Source: Candidatus Brocadia sp. (GTDB lineage: Bacteria; Planctomycetota; Brocadiia; Brocadiales; Brocadiaceae). From it: 32,000 bases of DNA. Position 1 is the first letter of the stretch. Each line of letters begins with the position of its first letter. Of the stretch, positions 8,007-16,614 are shown in pieces. The position numbers and the translations under genes are program-made. Below the pieces are notes generated by a model. That model ran no database searches, was not told the origin of the DNA, and worked only from the letters and a program-made list of their open reading frames with translations. Location: assembly GCA_021650915.1 (NCBI GenBank), contig CP091279.1, positions 3,930,001-3,962,000 of the forward strand, in the 5' to 3' direction.

Positions 8007-9257
8007 ATGGAAAAAAATGACATCCTTTTCGAAACAGCGCTCGAACAATTTGATACCGTTGCTGAAATACTGCAGTTAGAGGATGAAATCAGGGAACGCA
8101 TGCGGTTTCCCAAACGATCCCTGATTGTTTCTGTGCCCGTAAGGCTGGACAACGGAACGGTAAAGGTTTTCAGGGGCTACCGGGTGCAGCACGATATTAC
8201 CCTGGGACCATCCAAGGGCGGTATCCGTTACCATCCGAACGTCGATCTCAACGAAGTATCCGCGCTTGCCATGTTAATGACGTGGAAATGCGCCCTTATG
8301 CACATGCCGTACGGCGGCGCGAAGGGTGGCGTGCAATGCAATCCGGAAGAGATGTCGCAGAATGAACTTGAACGCATGACGCGGCGCTATACCACAGAAA
8401 TTGTGCAAATCATCGGGCCGGACAGGGACATTCCTGCCCCTGATCTGTATACCAATTCCCAAACCATGGCCTGGATGATGGACACCTACAGCGTACAGCA
8501 AGGAAATACCGTTCCGGGCGTTGTTACCGGCAAGCCCCTGCTGCTGGGAGGGTCGCTGGGAAGGGCGGAAGGCACGGGGCGCGGGGTTGCCTATATGGTT
8601 ATCGAGGCGGCGCGGGTTTTATACAAAGAGCTCCGCGGTTTGCGCGTGGCAATTCAGGGCATGGGAAATGTCGGCTCCGTGGCAACCAGACTCTTGTACG
8701 ACCAAGGTTGCAATATTGTGGCCGTCAGTGACGTCAGCGGTGGCGCTTACAATCCGAAAGGCATTCTCGTCCCCTATCTCATGCATCATATCAAAGAACA
8801 TAAACATGTTGTTGGACTGAGGGAAGCGGATGCAATTACCAATGAAGAGCTTTTTGAACTGGATTGCGACGTCATTATACCGGCAGCTATAGAGGGTCAG
8901 ATTACCGAGACGAATGCGGATAAAGTGAGGGCCAAAATTATCGTGGAAGGGGCAAACGGTCCGACAACGCCTGAGGCCGATAAGATCCTCTTCGACAAAA
9001 AGGTATTTTTAGTCCCTGACATCCTTGCCAATGCCGGTGGCGTGACGGTGTCGTATTTTGAATGGGTGCAGGACATTCAGTATTATTTCTGGAGTGAAGA
9101 AGATATCCAGAAGAAGCTCAAAGACGTCATGGTCGGCACGTTCAACCGGGTGCTTGCACTATCCAATAAACAAGGCGTTGATTTGCGCACCGCCGCATTA
9201 ATGCTGGGTATAGGACGTGTGGCAGATGCCAAGAAGTTGCGCGGATTATACCCTTAA
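8007..9257 (+). CDS. gdhA: Glutamate dehydrogenase (Glu/Leu/Phe/Val dehydrogenase family)
   Basis: Motifs LGPSKGGIRYHP, PYGGAKGG and the Rossmann-type GMGNVG are present. I prefer the start at ATG 8007 (MEKNDILFETA), with GAGGGA about 10 nt upstream, over the listed alternative start at 7968. Confidence 0.9.
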   Translation: MEKNDILFETALEQFDTVAEILQLEDEIRERMRFPKRSLIVSVPVRLDNGTVKVFRGYRVQHDITLGPSKGGIRYHPNVDLNEVSALAMLMTWKCALMHMPYGGAKGGVQCNPEEMSQNELERMTRRYTTEIVQIIGPDRDIPAPDLYTNSQTMAWMMDTYSVQQGNTVPGVVTGKPLLLGGSLGRAEGTGRGVAYMVIEAARVLYKELRGLRVAIQGMGNVGSVATRLLYDQGCNIVAVSDVSGGAYNPKGILVPYLMHHIKEHKHVVGLREADAITNEELFELDCDVIIPAAIEGQITETNADKVRAKIIVEGANGPTTPEADKILFDKKVFLVPDILANAGGVTVSYFEWVQDIQYYFWSEEDIQKKLKDVMVGTFNRVLALSNKQGVDLRTAALMLGIGRVADAKKLRGLYP

Positions 9258-9274
9258 CGGAATTATGGATTTTC

Positions 9275-10543
9275 ATGGAAGCGCGGCACAGTAAGCAACA
9301 GGAAAGAATTGCCGTCAGAAGGAGTCTGAGGTATTCTATCAAGGACGGAGTGGCATTTGCCGCAACGACAGGATTTGGCGACAATTACCTCAATCCCTTT
9401 GCCGTAGCGCTGGACGCAAGCGCTTTCCAGATCGGGCTCTTAAGCTCCGCATCCCAGTTCGTTCCCTCACTAGCTCAGTTCAAGGTCGCCGACCTTACGG
9501 AACGGTTTGGCAGCCGAAAGAAGGTGATCGTACGGTCGGTCTTCATCCATGCCTTTCTGTTGCTGCCTATCGCACTGATCCCCTTTCTGCCGGAGTTTGT
9601 GCGGGTGTATGCCCTCATAGGTCTGTGCACCTTGTACGTCTCGTTTGCTTCGTTTGCCGGACCCGCCTGGGGTTCTCTCATGGCGAACCTCGTGCCTGAA
9701 CGCAAAAGAGGCGCATTTTTCAGCAGGCGCGGGCGGCTGATTAGCCTGGTTATGGTCGTCAGCTCTTTTCTTGCCGGATACATACTGCATTTTTTTCAGA
9801 AACAAAACCTGTTCGGCTTTACGATCATATTTCTTGTTGCCATGATTTCACGATACATCTCATGCTATTTCCTGAGCAGGATGTATGAGCCTCCCCTGGA
9901 GATAAAGCGCGAGCATTATTTCTCCCTGGGAGAGTTTTTGCGGAGGTTGAACGTCGGAAATTTCGGGAAGTATGTGATCTTTCACAGTTGTTTTAGTTTT
10001 GCCGTATTTATCGCCTCCCCCTTTTTTCCTGTATTCATGCTCCGGGATTTGGGCTTTTCCTACATTACCTACACCATCGTTACTACCACCGTCCCCCTGG
10101 CGAGTATCCTGGCGGTGAGCTATTGGGGGCAACGCGCTGACGCCCTGGGAAACCGGCAGATTATCTGGATATGCAGCCTTGTCATATCAGTACTACCCGC
10201 CATGTGGTTGATTTCCCAGCAGATATATTTTCTGATTATCATTCAAATCCTGGCGGGAATCTTCTGGGCGGGGTTTAATCTCTGTTCCTCCAATTTCATC
10301 TATGACTCGGTGATCCCTGAAAAACGAACCCGCTGCATCGCATACTTTAACACCCTGAACGGGTTTTCCATTTGCGCCGGCAACCTGCTGGGCGGTTTTC
10401 TTGCAACCCACCTTCCCTCCTTCTTCGGATATCGGTTGCTTGCCCTGTTTGCCGTCTCATCCCTCCTGAGAATTCTGACTGCAACCCTCCTGCTGAAACG
10501 GGTCAAAGAGATACGGAAGATGGACATCGCCGTGGCAAGATAG
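9275..10543 (+). CDS. MFS-type transporter (about 12 TM), substrate unknown
   Basis: The 422-aa protein is highly hydrophobic with regularly spaced TM segments. Basic loops (RKRGAFFSRRGR, GQRADALGNR) sit at positions typical of MFS loops 2-3 and 8-9. Confidence 0.7.
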   Translation: MEARHSKQQERIAVRRSLRYSIKDGVAFAATTGFGDNYLNPFAVALDASAFQIGLLSSASQFVPSLAQFKVADLTERFGSRKKVIVRSVFIHAFLLLPIALIPFLPEFVRVYALIGLCTLYVSFASFAGPAWGSLMANLVPERKRGAFFSRRGRLISLVMVVSSFLAGYILHFFQKQNLFGFTIIFLVAMISRYISCYFLSRMYEPPLEIKREHYFSLGEFLRRLNVGNFGKYVIFHSCFSFAVFIASPFFPVFMLRDLGFSYITYTIVTTTVPLASILAVSYWGQRADALGNRQIIWICSLVISVLPAMWLISQQIYFLIIIQILAGIFWAGFNLCSSNFIYDSVIPEKRTRCIAYFNTLNGFSICAGNLLGGFLATHLPSFFGYRLLALFAVSSLLRILTATLLLKRVKEIRKMDIAVAR

Positions 10544-10689
10544 CCCGGCCAGCAATAAACGCACGGTTCAAGCCCTGCGCCCTCTTTCTTTTCCGGTTGT
10601 TCGGGCAAGTGAGATCATTCTTGTGGTTGAAAATTGAAACGGGGTGAAGGGAGTTGTAAAAATTTGTGAAGAAAGAAATATTTTCATCT

Positions 10690-10851
10690 GGTGGATACGC
10701 TCCCGCTTAATCCACCCTACACAAAGGGTAAATCATAAGTCATGGGGAACGGCAACGCTCCTCCCCATGCTCTATCCCACGATCATACGGATATCGCCAT
10801 ACATGGGGGTAGGGTGGATTAAGGCGATTGTCTTGTATCGCCGTATCCACC
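10690..10851. repeat. REP-like composite palindrome: two hairpin units in inverted orientation
   Basis: GGTGGATACG (10690-10699) pairs with CGTATCCACC (10842-10851). CTTAATCCACCCTAC (10706-10720) pairs with GTAGGGTGGATTAAG (10809-10823). Each unit is itself a GGTGGAT...ATCCACC hairpin. Confidence 0.6.
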
Positions 10852-10924
10852 TTTCGTTTCTGGTACTTCCGGATCTTTTAGCAATAAGGCGGAGCGCATC
10901 CGCCATTTCCCTTACAAATTCGAC

Positions 10925-10954
10925 CGGAGAGCGAAGGGGGTGCTTCGCTCTCCG
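10925..10954 (-). terminator. Stem-loop 13 nt downstream of the LamG-domain ORF stop
   Basis: A perfect 12-bp stem, CGGAGAGCGAAG / CTTCGCTCTCCG, closes a 6-nt loop. The trailing sequence on the minus strand (GTCGAATTTGTAAGG) is only weakly U-rich. Confidence 0.4.
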
Positions 10955-10966
10955 AATCGCCAGGTC

Positions 10967-11752
10967 TCAGTTATTGTAGATGTCCAGCACCTCCTGCTCG
11001 GTCAATGCCCGATGAGAAATACAAACCCCATCGATGACACCATTGAAGCAACCTTTCTTCGACAAGGAATTCCCGATTTTCATGCCAGGATAAGAGGTCA
11101 GCGGAACGATGCTGTTTCCCGCCGGGTGTCTTACCATCCTGACCAGTTGCCCATTGACATACAACTTCTGCTCGCCGGTGGTCTTGTTGTATGTGCCTGC
11201 AACATGATTCCAACCACCTACGGAATTACCCAGATCGTATGATACAGTCCTCTGCTTTCGCATTCCGCTTGCATTTTGTGTTACAACAGCAAAACCCACT
11301 ACATTTGGATTTCTCTTTAAGAATTTAAGAGCAAATCCTTCACGTAATTGCGGATCAGAATGCATCCTCAATCCGTCGAAGATAAAATCATGCCTCTTCG
11401 TGTCATTTGCATTCTTATAGAACCATGCGCCAAAGGAGACTTCCTCGCTGTTCATGGTCGGAATTGATACCTCATCGTCAACCCCGTCAGAACTCAGACC
11501 GCTGCCGTCATTTCCGATAGTCCAGACCGCTCCAACGACCGCGCCGTCATGGCCATTGCCCGACGAGTCGCCAGCCACATTCCCATTCCCTTCGTCAAAA
11601 GAATAGCATGCCTCTGCGTCCGGACAAGGACATGATGCAGGAGTTGGTGTCGGCGTTGGTGGGGGTATCGTAGAGGCGAATTTGCACACGAATGCATCCC
11701 ATTCACCATTATGGCTTCCATCGATGGCGTTTGCCGTTGGGAAGTCAACCAA
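10967..11752 (-). CDS. C-terminal piece of a secreted SBBP-repeat/LamG (concanavalin-A-like lectin) protein. TTG start, probably not independently expressed
   Basis: It starts VDFPTANAIDGSHNGEWDAFVCKF, which is the tail of an SBBP beta-propeller repeat. A PPPTPTPTP linker follows, then a LamG-like domain (LSSDGVDDEVSIP...GWNHVAGTY...LYVNGQLV...GVIDGVCISHRALTEQEV). Confidence 0.7.
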   Translation of the reverse strand: MVDFPTANAIDGSHNGEWDAFVCKFASTIPPPTPTPTPASCPCPDAEACYSFDEGNGNVAGDSSGNGHDGAVVGAVWTIGNDGSGLSSDGVDDEVSIPTMNSEEVSFGAWFYKNANDTKRHDFIFDGLRMHSDPQLREGFALKFLKRNPNVVGFAVVTQNASGMRKQRTVSYDLGNSVGGWNHVAGTYNKTTGEQKLYVNGQLVRMVRHPAGNSIVPLTSYPGMKIGNSLSKKGCFNGVIDGVCISHRALTEQEVLDIYNN

Positions 11753-12590
11753 ACTGGAGGATCTTGCCTTCCTTCAGTTTTATCTCAAGGTCGCCGTTTT
11801 CCGCCACCGTTAATCCCTCTATCCCCTGATAAGAAAGCTGCACCCGTGACGGGCTTGCTCCGGGCTGTACGATGATATCATACTCCATCTGACGGTTGTT
11901 GCCGTAGAATTTCATATCTATGCCATCGTACACCCCCTTATAGACTACAGATTCGTACGCAGGGACGTTCGTCTTCCACTTTTTTGGGTCGTTACCAATA
12001 AAGTAATTCACCGTTCCCGGCTGTTCATCTCCGGCAACAATCTCCACGTCCTTCTCCATGCCCAGTGGCATGAGATGTACGATTTCGGATTGCGGATTGC
12101 GGATTGCGGATTTTTTGCCTTTCGCCCCCCTGATCGTATCCTCATCTCTGCCCTGCTGGTTCAGGCTTGCAGACTGAACGGAAACGTCTTGGTCCAATCG
12201 GCCTGCTGCATTTGCCTGACTGCTGTCCACTTGCTCACTTACAGGCGGGGCGCTTGTCCCACCGCCAACCAGCGACAGATACACCCCCCTTTTGGTAAAA
12301 TATGTGGCGTGGCCAGCCCCTCTTTCGTAATATCTTACCCGGCCATCCACCTGGCCGTCATTCCGGATGAATGACAATGGCAGCTTGCCATAGGATTCCG
12401 CTGCCTTCAACCTTGCCAACTCGTCCGGTTTGTCCTGATGTGGCATCGAATCCCGAATCGTATCAAAACATTTTTCATCAAATTTGTTAGCAAGAATGGC
12501 CCCCTTGTCTGTTTCTCCTGCACGCACGGTATCCAGCGCCCCGATTACCAGCATCATCGCCAGAACGCCCAATATATCTCTGTATTGCAT
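11745..12590 (-). CDS. N-terminal piece of the same secreted protein (signal peptide plus the conserved N-terminal domain usually found ahead of SBBP repeats)
   Basis: A signal-like N-terminus (ILGVLAMMLVIGALDTVRA) is followed by YGKLPLSFIRNDGQVDGRVRYYERGAGHATYFTKRGVYLSL and ...YDIIVQPGASPSRVQLSYQGIEGLTVAENGDLEIKLKEGKILQ. It stops at 11745, overlapping the next ORF by 8 nt in another frame. Confidence 0.7.
   Translation of the reverse strand: MQYRDILGVLAMMLVIGALDTVRAGETDKGAILANKFDEKCFDTIRDSMPHQDKPDELARLKAAESYGKLPLSFIRNDGQVDGRVRYYERGAGHATYFTKRGVYLSLVGGGTSAPPVSEQVDSSQANAAGRLDQDVSVQSASLNQQGRDEDTIRGAKGKKSAIRNPQSEIVHLMPLGMEKDVEIVAGDEQPGTVNYFIGNDPKKWKTNVPAYESVVYKGVYDGIDMKFYGNNRQMEYDIIVQPGASPSRVQLSYQGIEGLTVAENGDLEIKLKEGKILQFG
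12086..12113. repeat. Heptanucleotide tandem repeat (CGGATTG) x3 perfect plus one 6/7 unit, inside CDS 11745..12590
   Basis: Read directly: cggattg cggattg cggattg cggattt. On the coding strand it encodes SAIRNPQSEI. Confidence 0.9.
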
Positions 12591-12803
12591 ACCCCTTCCC
12601 TCCTTTTCTCGTTTTTACCAGAAGACTTTTACAATCATGACTGAACTTTCGAAAAAAACTGCTTGGTTGTACACAAAATCCGTCTTTCACGGTATTTGTA
12701 CGCAGCGAATCTTCGCTCCCTTCGCAGACACAGGACAGGCTTAGCCCATCATCAGCGTGCTTTCGCTCACAATCACTACGAGTGAACAAAATATTGATTC
12801 TGT

Positions 12804-12959
12804 AATCCCGAAGAGATGTCATGATTATAGCATATGGTTATGCAAGTATGGTGAACCCCGTAGGGGTGGCATAATATCGTTATTTTTCCGATATTTCACC
12901 CCTACGGGGTTTAATATAGTGGTGCGTTTTTTCTATAATCATGTCATCCCTTCGGGATT
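12804..12959. repeat. REP/MITE-like nested palindromic element
   Basis: Outer arms are AATCCCGAAGAGATGTCATGATTATAG (12804-12830) and CTATAATCATGTCATCCCTTCGGGATT (12933-12959), with 2 mismatches. Inner perfect arms are AACCCCGTAGGGGTG (12854-12868) and CACCCCTACGGGGTT (12897-12911). Confidence 0.6.
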
Positions 12960-12996
12960 TTTCAAGAAGCTACATCGTTACCATTTTTGTTCAAAC

Positions 12997-13060
12997 AAAA
13001 AAAGCCTTACCACCGATCTCCCCCCCCAAGACCTTCGGCAGTAAGGCTGTTTCTTCTCTT
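12997..13060 (-). terminator. Orphan terminator-like hairpin with flanking A/T runs
   Basis: AGCCTTAC(CA)CCGA (13003-13016) pairs with TCGG(CA)GTAAGGCT (13035-13048). On the minus strand the stem is followed by a T run (complement of A7 at 12997-13003). On the plus strand it is followed by GTTTCTTCTCTTTTCTC. No ORF ends nearby on either strand. Confidence 0.35.
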
Positions 13061-13301
13061 TTCTCTTCTTCAGGAAAAGATTCAAAAGACCCTGTTACTT
13101 TGCGCCCCCTGATCACTCAGGGTTTGCCTTTATCGCTCTATCGTGATATTGACAATGTCTTCGTGAAGAGCGTGAATTATGTGCACTATATATTGCTCTA
13201 ACAATCGGTGTCAAGCAAATAATAATACACTTTTTTCGTTGATTGTCCTGCTTATTATTGTTTCAATATTTACTCTAATATATCGTGTCTCATAAAAAAT
13301 A

Positions 13302-13321
13302 TTTTGACATTGTTGTCAAAA
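13302..13321. promoter_or_regulatory. Perfect palindrome TTTTGACA-TTGT-TGTCAAAA (candidate operator; contains a TTGACA hexamer)
   Basis: Two 8-bp perfect inverted arms are separated by 4 bp, about 400 bp upstream of the DUF362 gene. No convincing -10 element lies at the right spacing. Confidence 0.3.
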
Positions 13322-13720
13322 AACGTGAATAGACATAACCCTGCCAGGGTTGACTCGTTTTTCCGACTCATTCGGGTTGGGAAGAAGAGCCAATTGGCCA
13401 TACAACGTTGTTTCCGTTTTTCCTTTGTATGGAGACAAGTAAAGCGGCGTGGAAATTGTTTAAGCGATTAGCGCAACGTTTTATAGAGTCGTGCGGAACG
13501 TCGACGAAGAGGCAGAGGACGGTTCGTTTTTTTATGCATGGGTGGTTAATGACTCTGTCTCGTCACGGGTTATTCAGAGAGACGCTGAGGGTGTTTCTGC
13601 AAAACTTACGAAAACAGCCGCCGTCGCTGTTTCTGCTGCACAAACGGCCTTTAACTCATTTTTTCTTCGCGTTTTTTCATTCATTAATAAATATTACTGG
13701 TCGAAAGATGAGGCTCTCGT

Positions 13721-14713
13721 ATGAGCGCTAAAATATCACGCAGGGCATTTCTTAAGACCAGCATTGCGGTGGGAGCTGGCATTTATGGTGTATCCTATTT
13801 AGGCGGCATCAAAAGGACTCCCGCCATAAAAAAGTTCAAGGAACACCGCTTAAAGCCCGGGCTAATCGTAGCTCACGGAAACATTTCTGATGCAACGGAC
13901 GAACCCGTGATCGTCAAAGAGATGGTGCGGCGCGCCATAAAGGCGCTGGGTGGTCTGGACAAGCTCGTTGCCAAAGGTGACAGGGTTATTATTAAACCCA
14001 ATATCGCCTGGAATCAAAGGCCGGAATTTGCTGCCAATACCAATCCTTACGTCGTGGCAGCCCTTGTGGAGCTATGCAAAGAGGCCGGGGCGGGCCGGGT
14101 AAAGGTCATGGATCATACTTGTTCCGTCAACCCGGAGACCTCGTATACGACGAGTAGGATTGCCGCAATTGCACGGGAAGCGGGCGCTGAAGTTGCGTAC
14201 ATTCATAAGAACCGTTTCACAGACTTTGCCATTCATGACGGCAAGGCGCTGAAGTCATGGCCTTTTTATGAAGAAATGGTGTATGCAGATGAAGTGGACG
14301 TGCTCATCAATGTGCCCATTGCAAAACAACACGGAACATCGAGGCTCTCTATGGGACTGAAAAACGTCTTTGGTATGATCGGAGGCGACCGGGGCAGTCT
14401 CCATACCGATATACATCCCAAAATTGCGGATCTCAATAAATTCCTGAAAATAGACCTGACCGTCCTCGATGCCTTCCGGATACTCAAAAATCATGGGCCC
14501 ACCGGCGGCCGGCTGGATGACGTTGACAATTCTGCAGAATGTGCACGACGCATTATCGTAAGCACCGACCCCGTTGCTGCGGATGCTTACGGCGCGACCT
14601 TATTCAGTATGCAGGCCACGGAGGTGGGATACATCAGGCAATCCCATGAGCAGGGGCTGGGGGAGATCGATTACCGGCGAAAGGGTTTTGAAGAAATATC
14701 GGTAGCATTATAG
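13721..14713 (+). CDS. DUF362-family protein with twin-arginine (Tat) signal
   Basis: The N-terminus, SRRAFLKTSIAVGAG, is a Tat motif. The body has VIIKPNIAW...NTNPYVVAALVELC...PIAKQHGTS...LTVLDA, typical of DUF362. Confidence 0.7.
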   Translation: MSAKISRRAFLKTSIAVGAGIYGVSYLGGIKRTPAIKKFKEHRLKPGLIVAHGNISDATDEPVIVKEMVRRAIKALGGLDKLVAKGDRVIIKPNIAWNQRPEFAANTNPYVVAALVELCKEAGAGRVKVMDHTCSVNPETSYTTSRIAAIAREAGAEVAYIHKNRFTDFAIHDGKALKSWPFYEEMVYADEVDVLINVPIAKQHGTSRLSMGLKNVFGMIGGDRGSLHTDIHPKIADLNKFLKIDLTVLDAFRILKNHGPTGGRLDDVDNSAECARRIIVSTDPVAADAYGATLFSMQATEVGYIRQSHEQGLGEIDYRRKGFEEISVAL

Positions 14714-14864
14714 GAAACGCAACACTACAAATTGGACCATCTTCGGCTGGCGCCCTCAGACCAGAACTTGTGTTGCGGGGCGGAATGATACCAAAGGTCC
14801 TGGTTCAATCGGGGGCGAGTGGACCAGCGAAGGGGCAAGAATACCAAAAATGGGTAAGATTAAA

Positions 14865-15611
14865 TCAGGGGCTCACCTTTAAAATCCCAATTTCCTCCGG
14901 ACTCAACGATTCCGCATAGTCATTGACCTTGTAAAATTCCTTGTAGTGCAGAAGCATCTCATTGGAGTTCTTGTAACCCAGACGGCGACCGTAATTGACG
15001 ATACACATGGTTCGCGCCTCTACAAAAGAAAATCCCTTGAATTGCAACGCCTCAAGAAAACACTTTTTCATATGATTCAGATGATAGGCCGTAGTGCGGG
15101 CATAAAAGCAATTATTGCTCTTAAAGAGGGCCTGCACGTCGGCAGGATAATCGGGATTGCCCTGGGGTGTGGTCAGGGTCTTTGTGCTATGGGGAGTGGT
15201 AGGGGAGACCTGACCGCCCGTCATACCATAAATCTCATTTGCATAACAGATAACGGTAATGTTTGTATTGCGCCGTATCGCATGCAACAGGTGATTGCCT
15301 CCGATGCCGAGCAAGTCGCCATCCCCGCTTACCACGACAACCTTCAGCGCATCGTTGGCATATTTGATGCCTTCAGCCACGGGGATAGCCCTGCCATGTG
15401 CCGTATGGACGGAATCCAGATCGAAGAAACCGGCGCTCCTGCCGGAGCATCCAATTCCGGAAACGACCACCGTCCCTTGCTTTGGCAGGTCAAGTTCGTC
15501 AAAGGCCTGACATATGGTCTTCAGGGCAATTCCGTTCCCGCAGCCGGGGCACCAGGGTGTTGGCAGCAAATCAAGTTTCAGATAACGTTTAAAATTGCTA
15601 TCTTTGTCCAT
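14865..15611 (-). CDS. 2-oxoacid:ferredoxin oxidoreductase, beta (TPP-binding) subunit
   Basis: Motifs WCPGCGNGI, SGIGCSGR, VVVSGDGDLLGIGGNH (TPP GDG motif) and NEIYGMTGGQ are present. It overlaps the alpha subunit by 14 nt. Confidence 0.85.
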   Translation of the reverse strand: MDKDSNFKRYLKLDLLPTPWCPGCGNGIALKTICQAFDELDLPKQGTVVVSGIGCSGRSAGFFDLDSVHTAHGRAIPVAEGIKYANDALKVVVVSGDGDLLGIGGNHLLHAIRRNTNITVICYANEIYGMTGGQVSPTTPHSTKTLTTPQGNPDYPADVQALFKSNNCFYARTTAYHLNHMKKCFLEALQFKGFSFVEARTMCIVNYGRRLGYKNSNEMLLHYKEFYKVNDYAESLSPEEIGILKVSP

Positions 15612-16614
15612 AGATACTTTGCTTTATCTCTTTCAGATCGATACGACCGCCCAGGATCGGGATAAATTCCACTTCACGATGGAGTATACGCTCGATTTCA
15701 TAAACATACTGCCCCATATTCATTTCCATCATAAGAAGCCGCTTGTACCGGGGCGCAATACTCCTGATCTCTTCCACCACCGGGAACATACGGATGGGAC
15801 GGTACAGTGCAAAATCATTCTTAAAATAATAGGCGATCCGGGACAGCACTCCATACGAGATCAGAAGCGTGTCCGTTTCTCCGCTGCATTCCAGATATTC
15901 ATAGTAGTTGTGTCGCCGGGCCGTTGTCTGTTGCTTTTCACGAAAGCGGGTAATCAGCCGCCGGTAATTGTCAGCATCAGAAGTCTTCGGCACAGAGTCC
16001 TCGTGCGACAGCCCGGTAAAATGCCGGTTTCCCGTGCCTAAAGCCGGACGATTTCTTATGGTAATTGCAAAATCACGGCGAGGTTCAATGGTTTCATAAA
16101 GATGGCTGATGTATCCGTCACTGAGAAGGATAACCGGACTCATAGATTCTTCGGCGGCATTAAACGCTGCAATGGTGTACCGGTAGAGCTCTGAGACGGA
16201 ATTGGGATAAAAAACGATGGGAAAATAATCCCCGTGACTGCCATGTGCGCATTGAATAATATCTCCCTGCGCCGGAAGGGTTGGCATGCCGGTGCTGGGC
16301 CCTACCCGCTGGACATTGACAATAACCAGCGGCACTTCCATCATGTGTGCAAGCCCGATGCTCTCCTGCATCAGCGAGAATCCCGGCCCGGATGTGGCTG
16401 TCATGGCCTTGAGCCCTGCCAGTGATGCGCCAATGATAGCGTTGATGGAGGCAATCTCGTCCTCCATTTGGAGCGCCTTGATGTCTTTTTTATTGACCAG
16501 TTCGTGAATAATTTCAGAAGCCGGCGTGATGGGGTATCCTGCGAAGAATTGTAGTCCGGCGATCTCTGCTGCCTGTACAATGGCCTCATTTCCCTGCAAT
16601 AACTGTTTTGGCAT
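15598..16614 (-). CDS. 2-oxoacid:ferredoxin oxidoreductase, alpha subunit
   Basis: LQGNEAIVQAAEIAGLQFFAGYPITPASEI...MEDEIASINAIIGASLAGLKAMTATSGPGFSLM...VIVNVQRVGPSTGMPT is the canonical KorA/PorA/VorA N-terminal region. Confidence 0.85.
   Translation of the reverse strand: MPKQLLQGNEAIVQAAEIAGLQFFAGYPITPASEIIHELVNKKDIKALQMEDEIASINAIIGASLAGLKAMTATSGPGFSLMQESIGLAHMMEVPLVIVNVQRVGPSTGMPTLPAQGDIIQCAHGSHGDYFPIVFYPNSVSELYRYTIAAFNAAEESMSPVILLSDGYISHLYETIEPRRDFAITIRNRPALGTGNRHFTGLSHEDSVPKTSDADNYRRLITRFREKQQTTARRHNYYEYLECSGETDTLLISYGVLSRIAYYFKNDFALYRPIRMFPVVEEIRSIAPRYKRLLMMEMNMGQYVYEIERILHREVEFIPILGGRIDLKEIKQSIYGQR

Noticed and set aside
10644-11242. Plus-strand ORFs 10644..10979 and 10940..11242
   Set aside because: The first is a translation of the REP-like palindromes. 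The second is antisense to the LamG-domain ORF.
12757-13731. Short plus-strand ORFs in the long intergenic gap (12757..13044, 12941..13201, 13408..13731, 13491..13724)
   Set aside because: The first two translate the palindromic element and the hairpin. The last two overlap each other, are highly basic or low complexity, use non-ATG starts, and have no recognisable motif.
14775-14835. tRNA-like GGTTCAATC motif between the DUF362 gene and the oxidoreductase beta gene
   Set aside because: The flanks cannot form a T-stem, and no acceptor or anticodon arms can be drawn, so there is no cloverleaf.
14946-15665. 239-aa plus-strand ORF
   Set aside because: It is antisense to the clearly recognisable TPP-binding beta subunit, so it is a shadow ORF. 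Several other listed ORFs fall in the same class: 15595..16041, 8274..8501, 9470..9805, 19819..20136 and 21580..21927.
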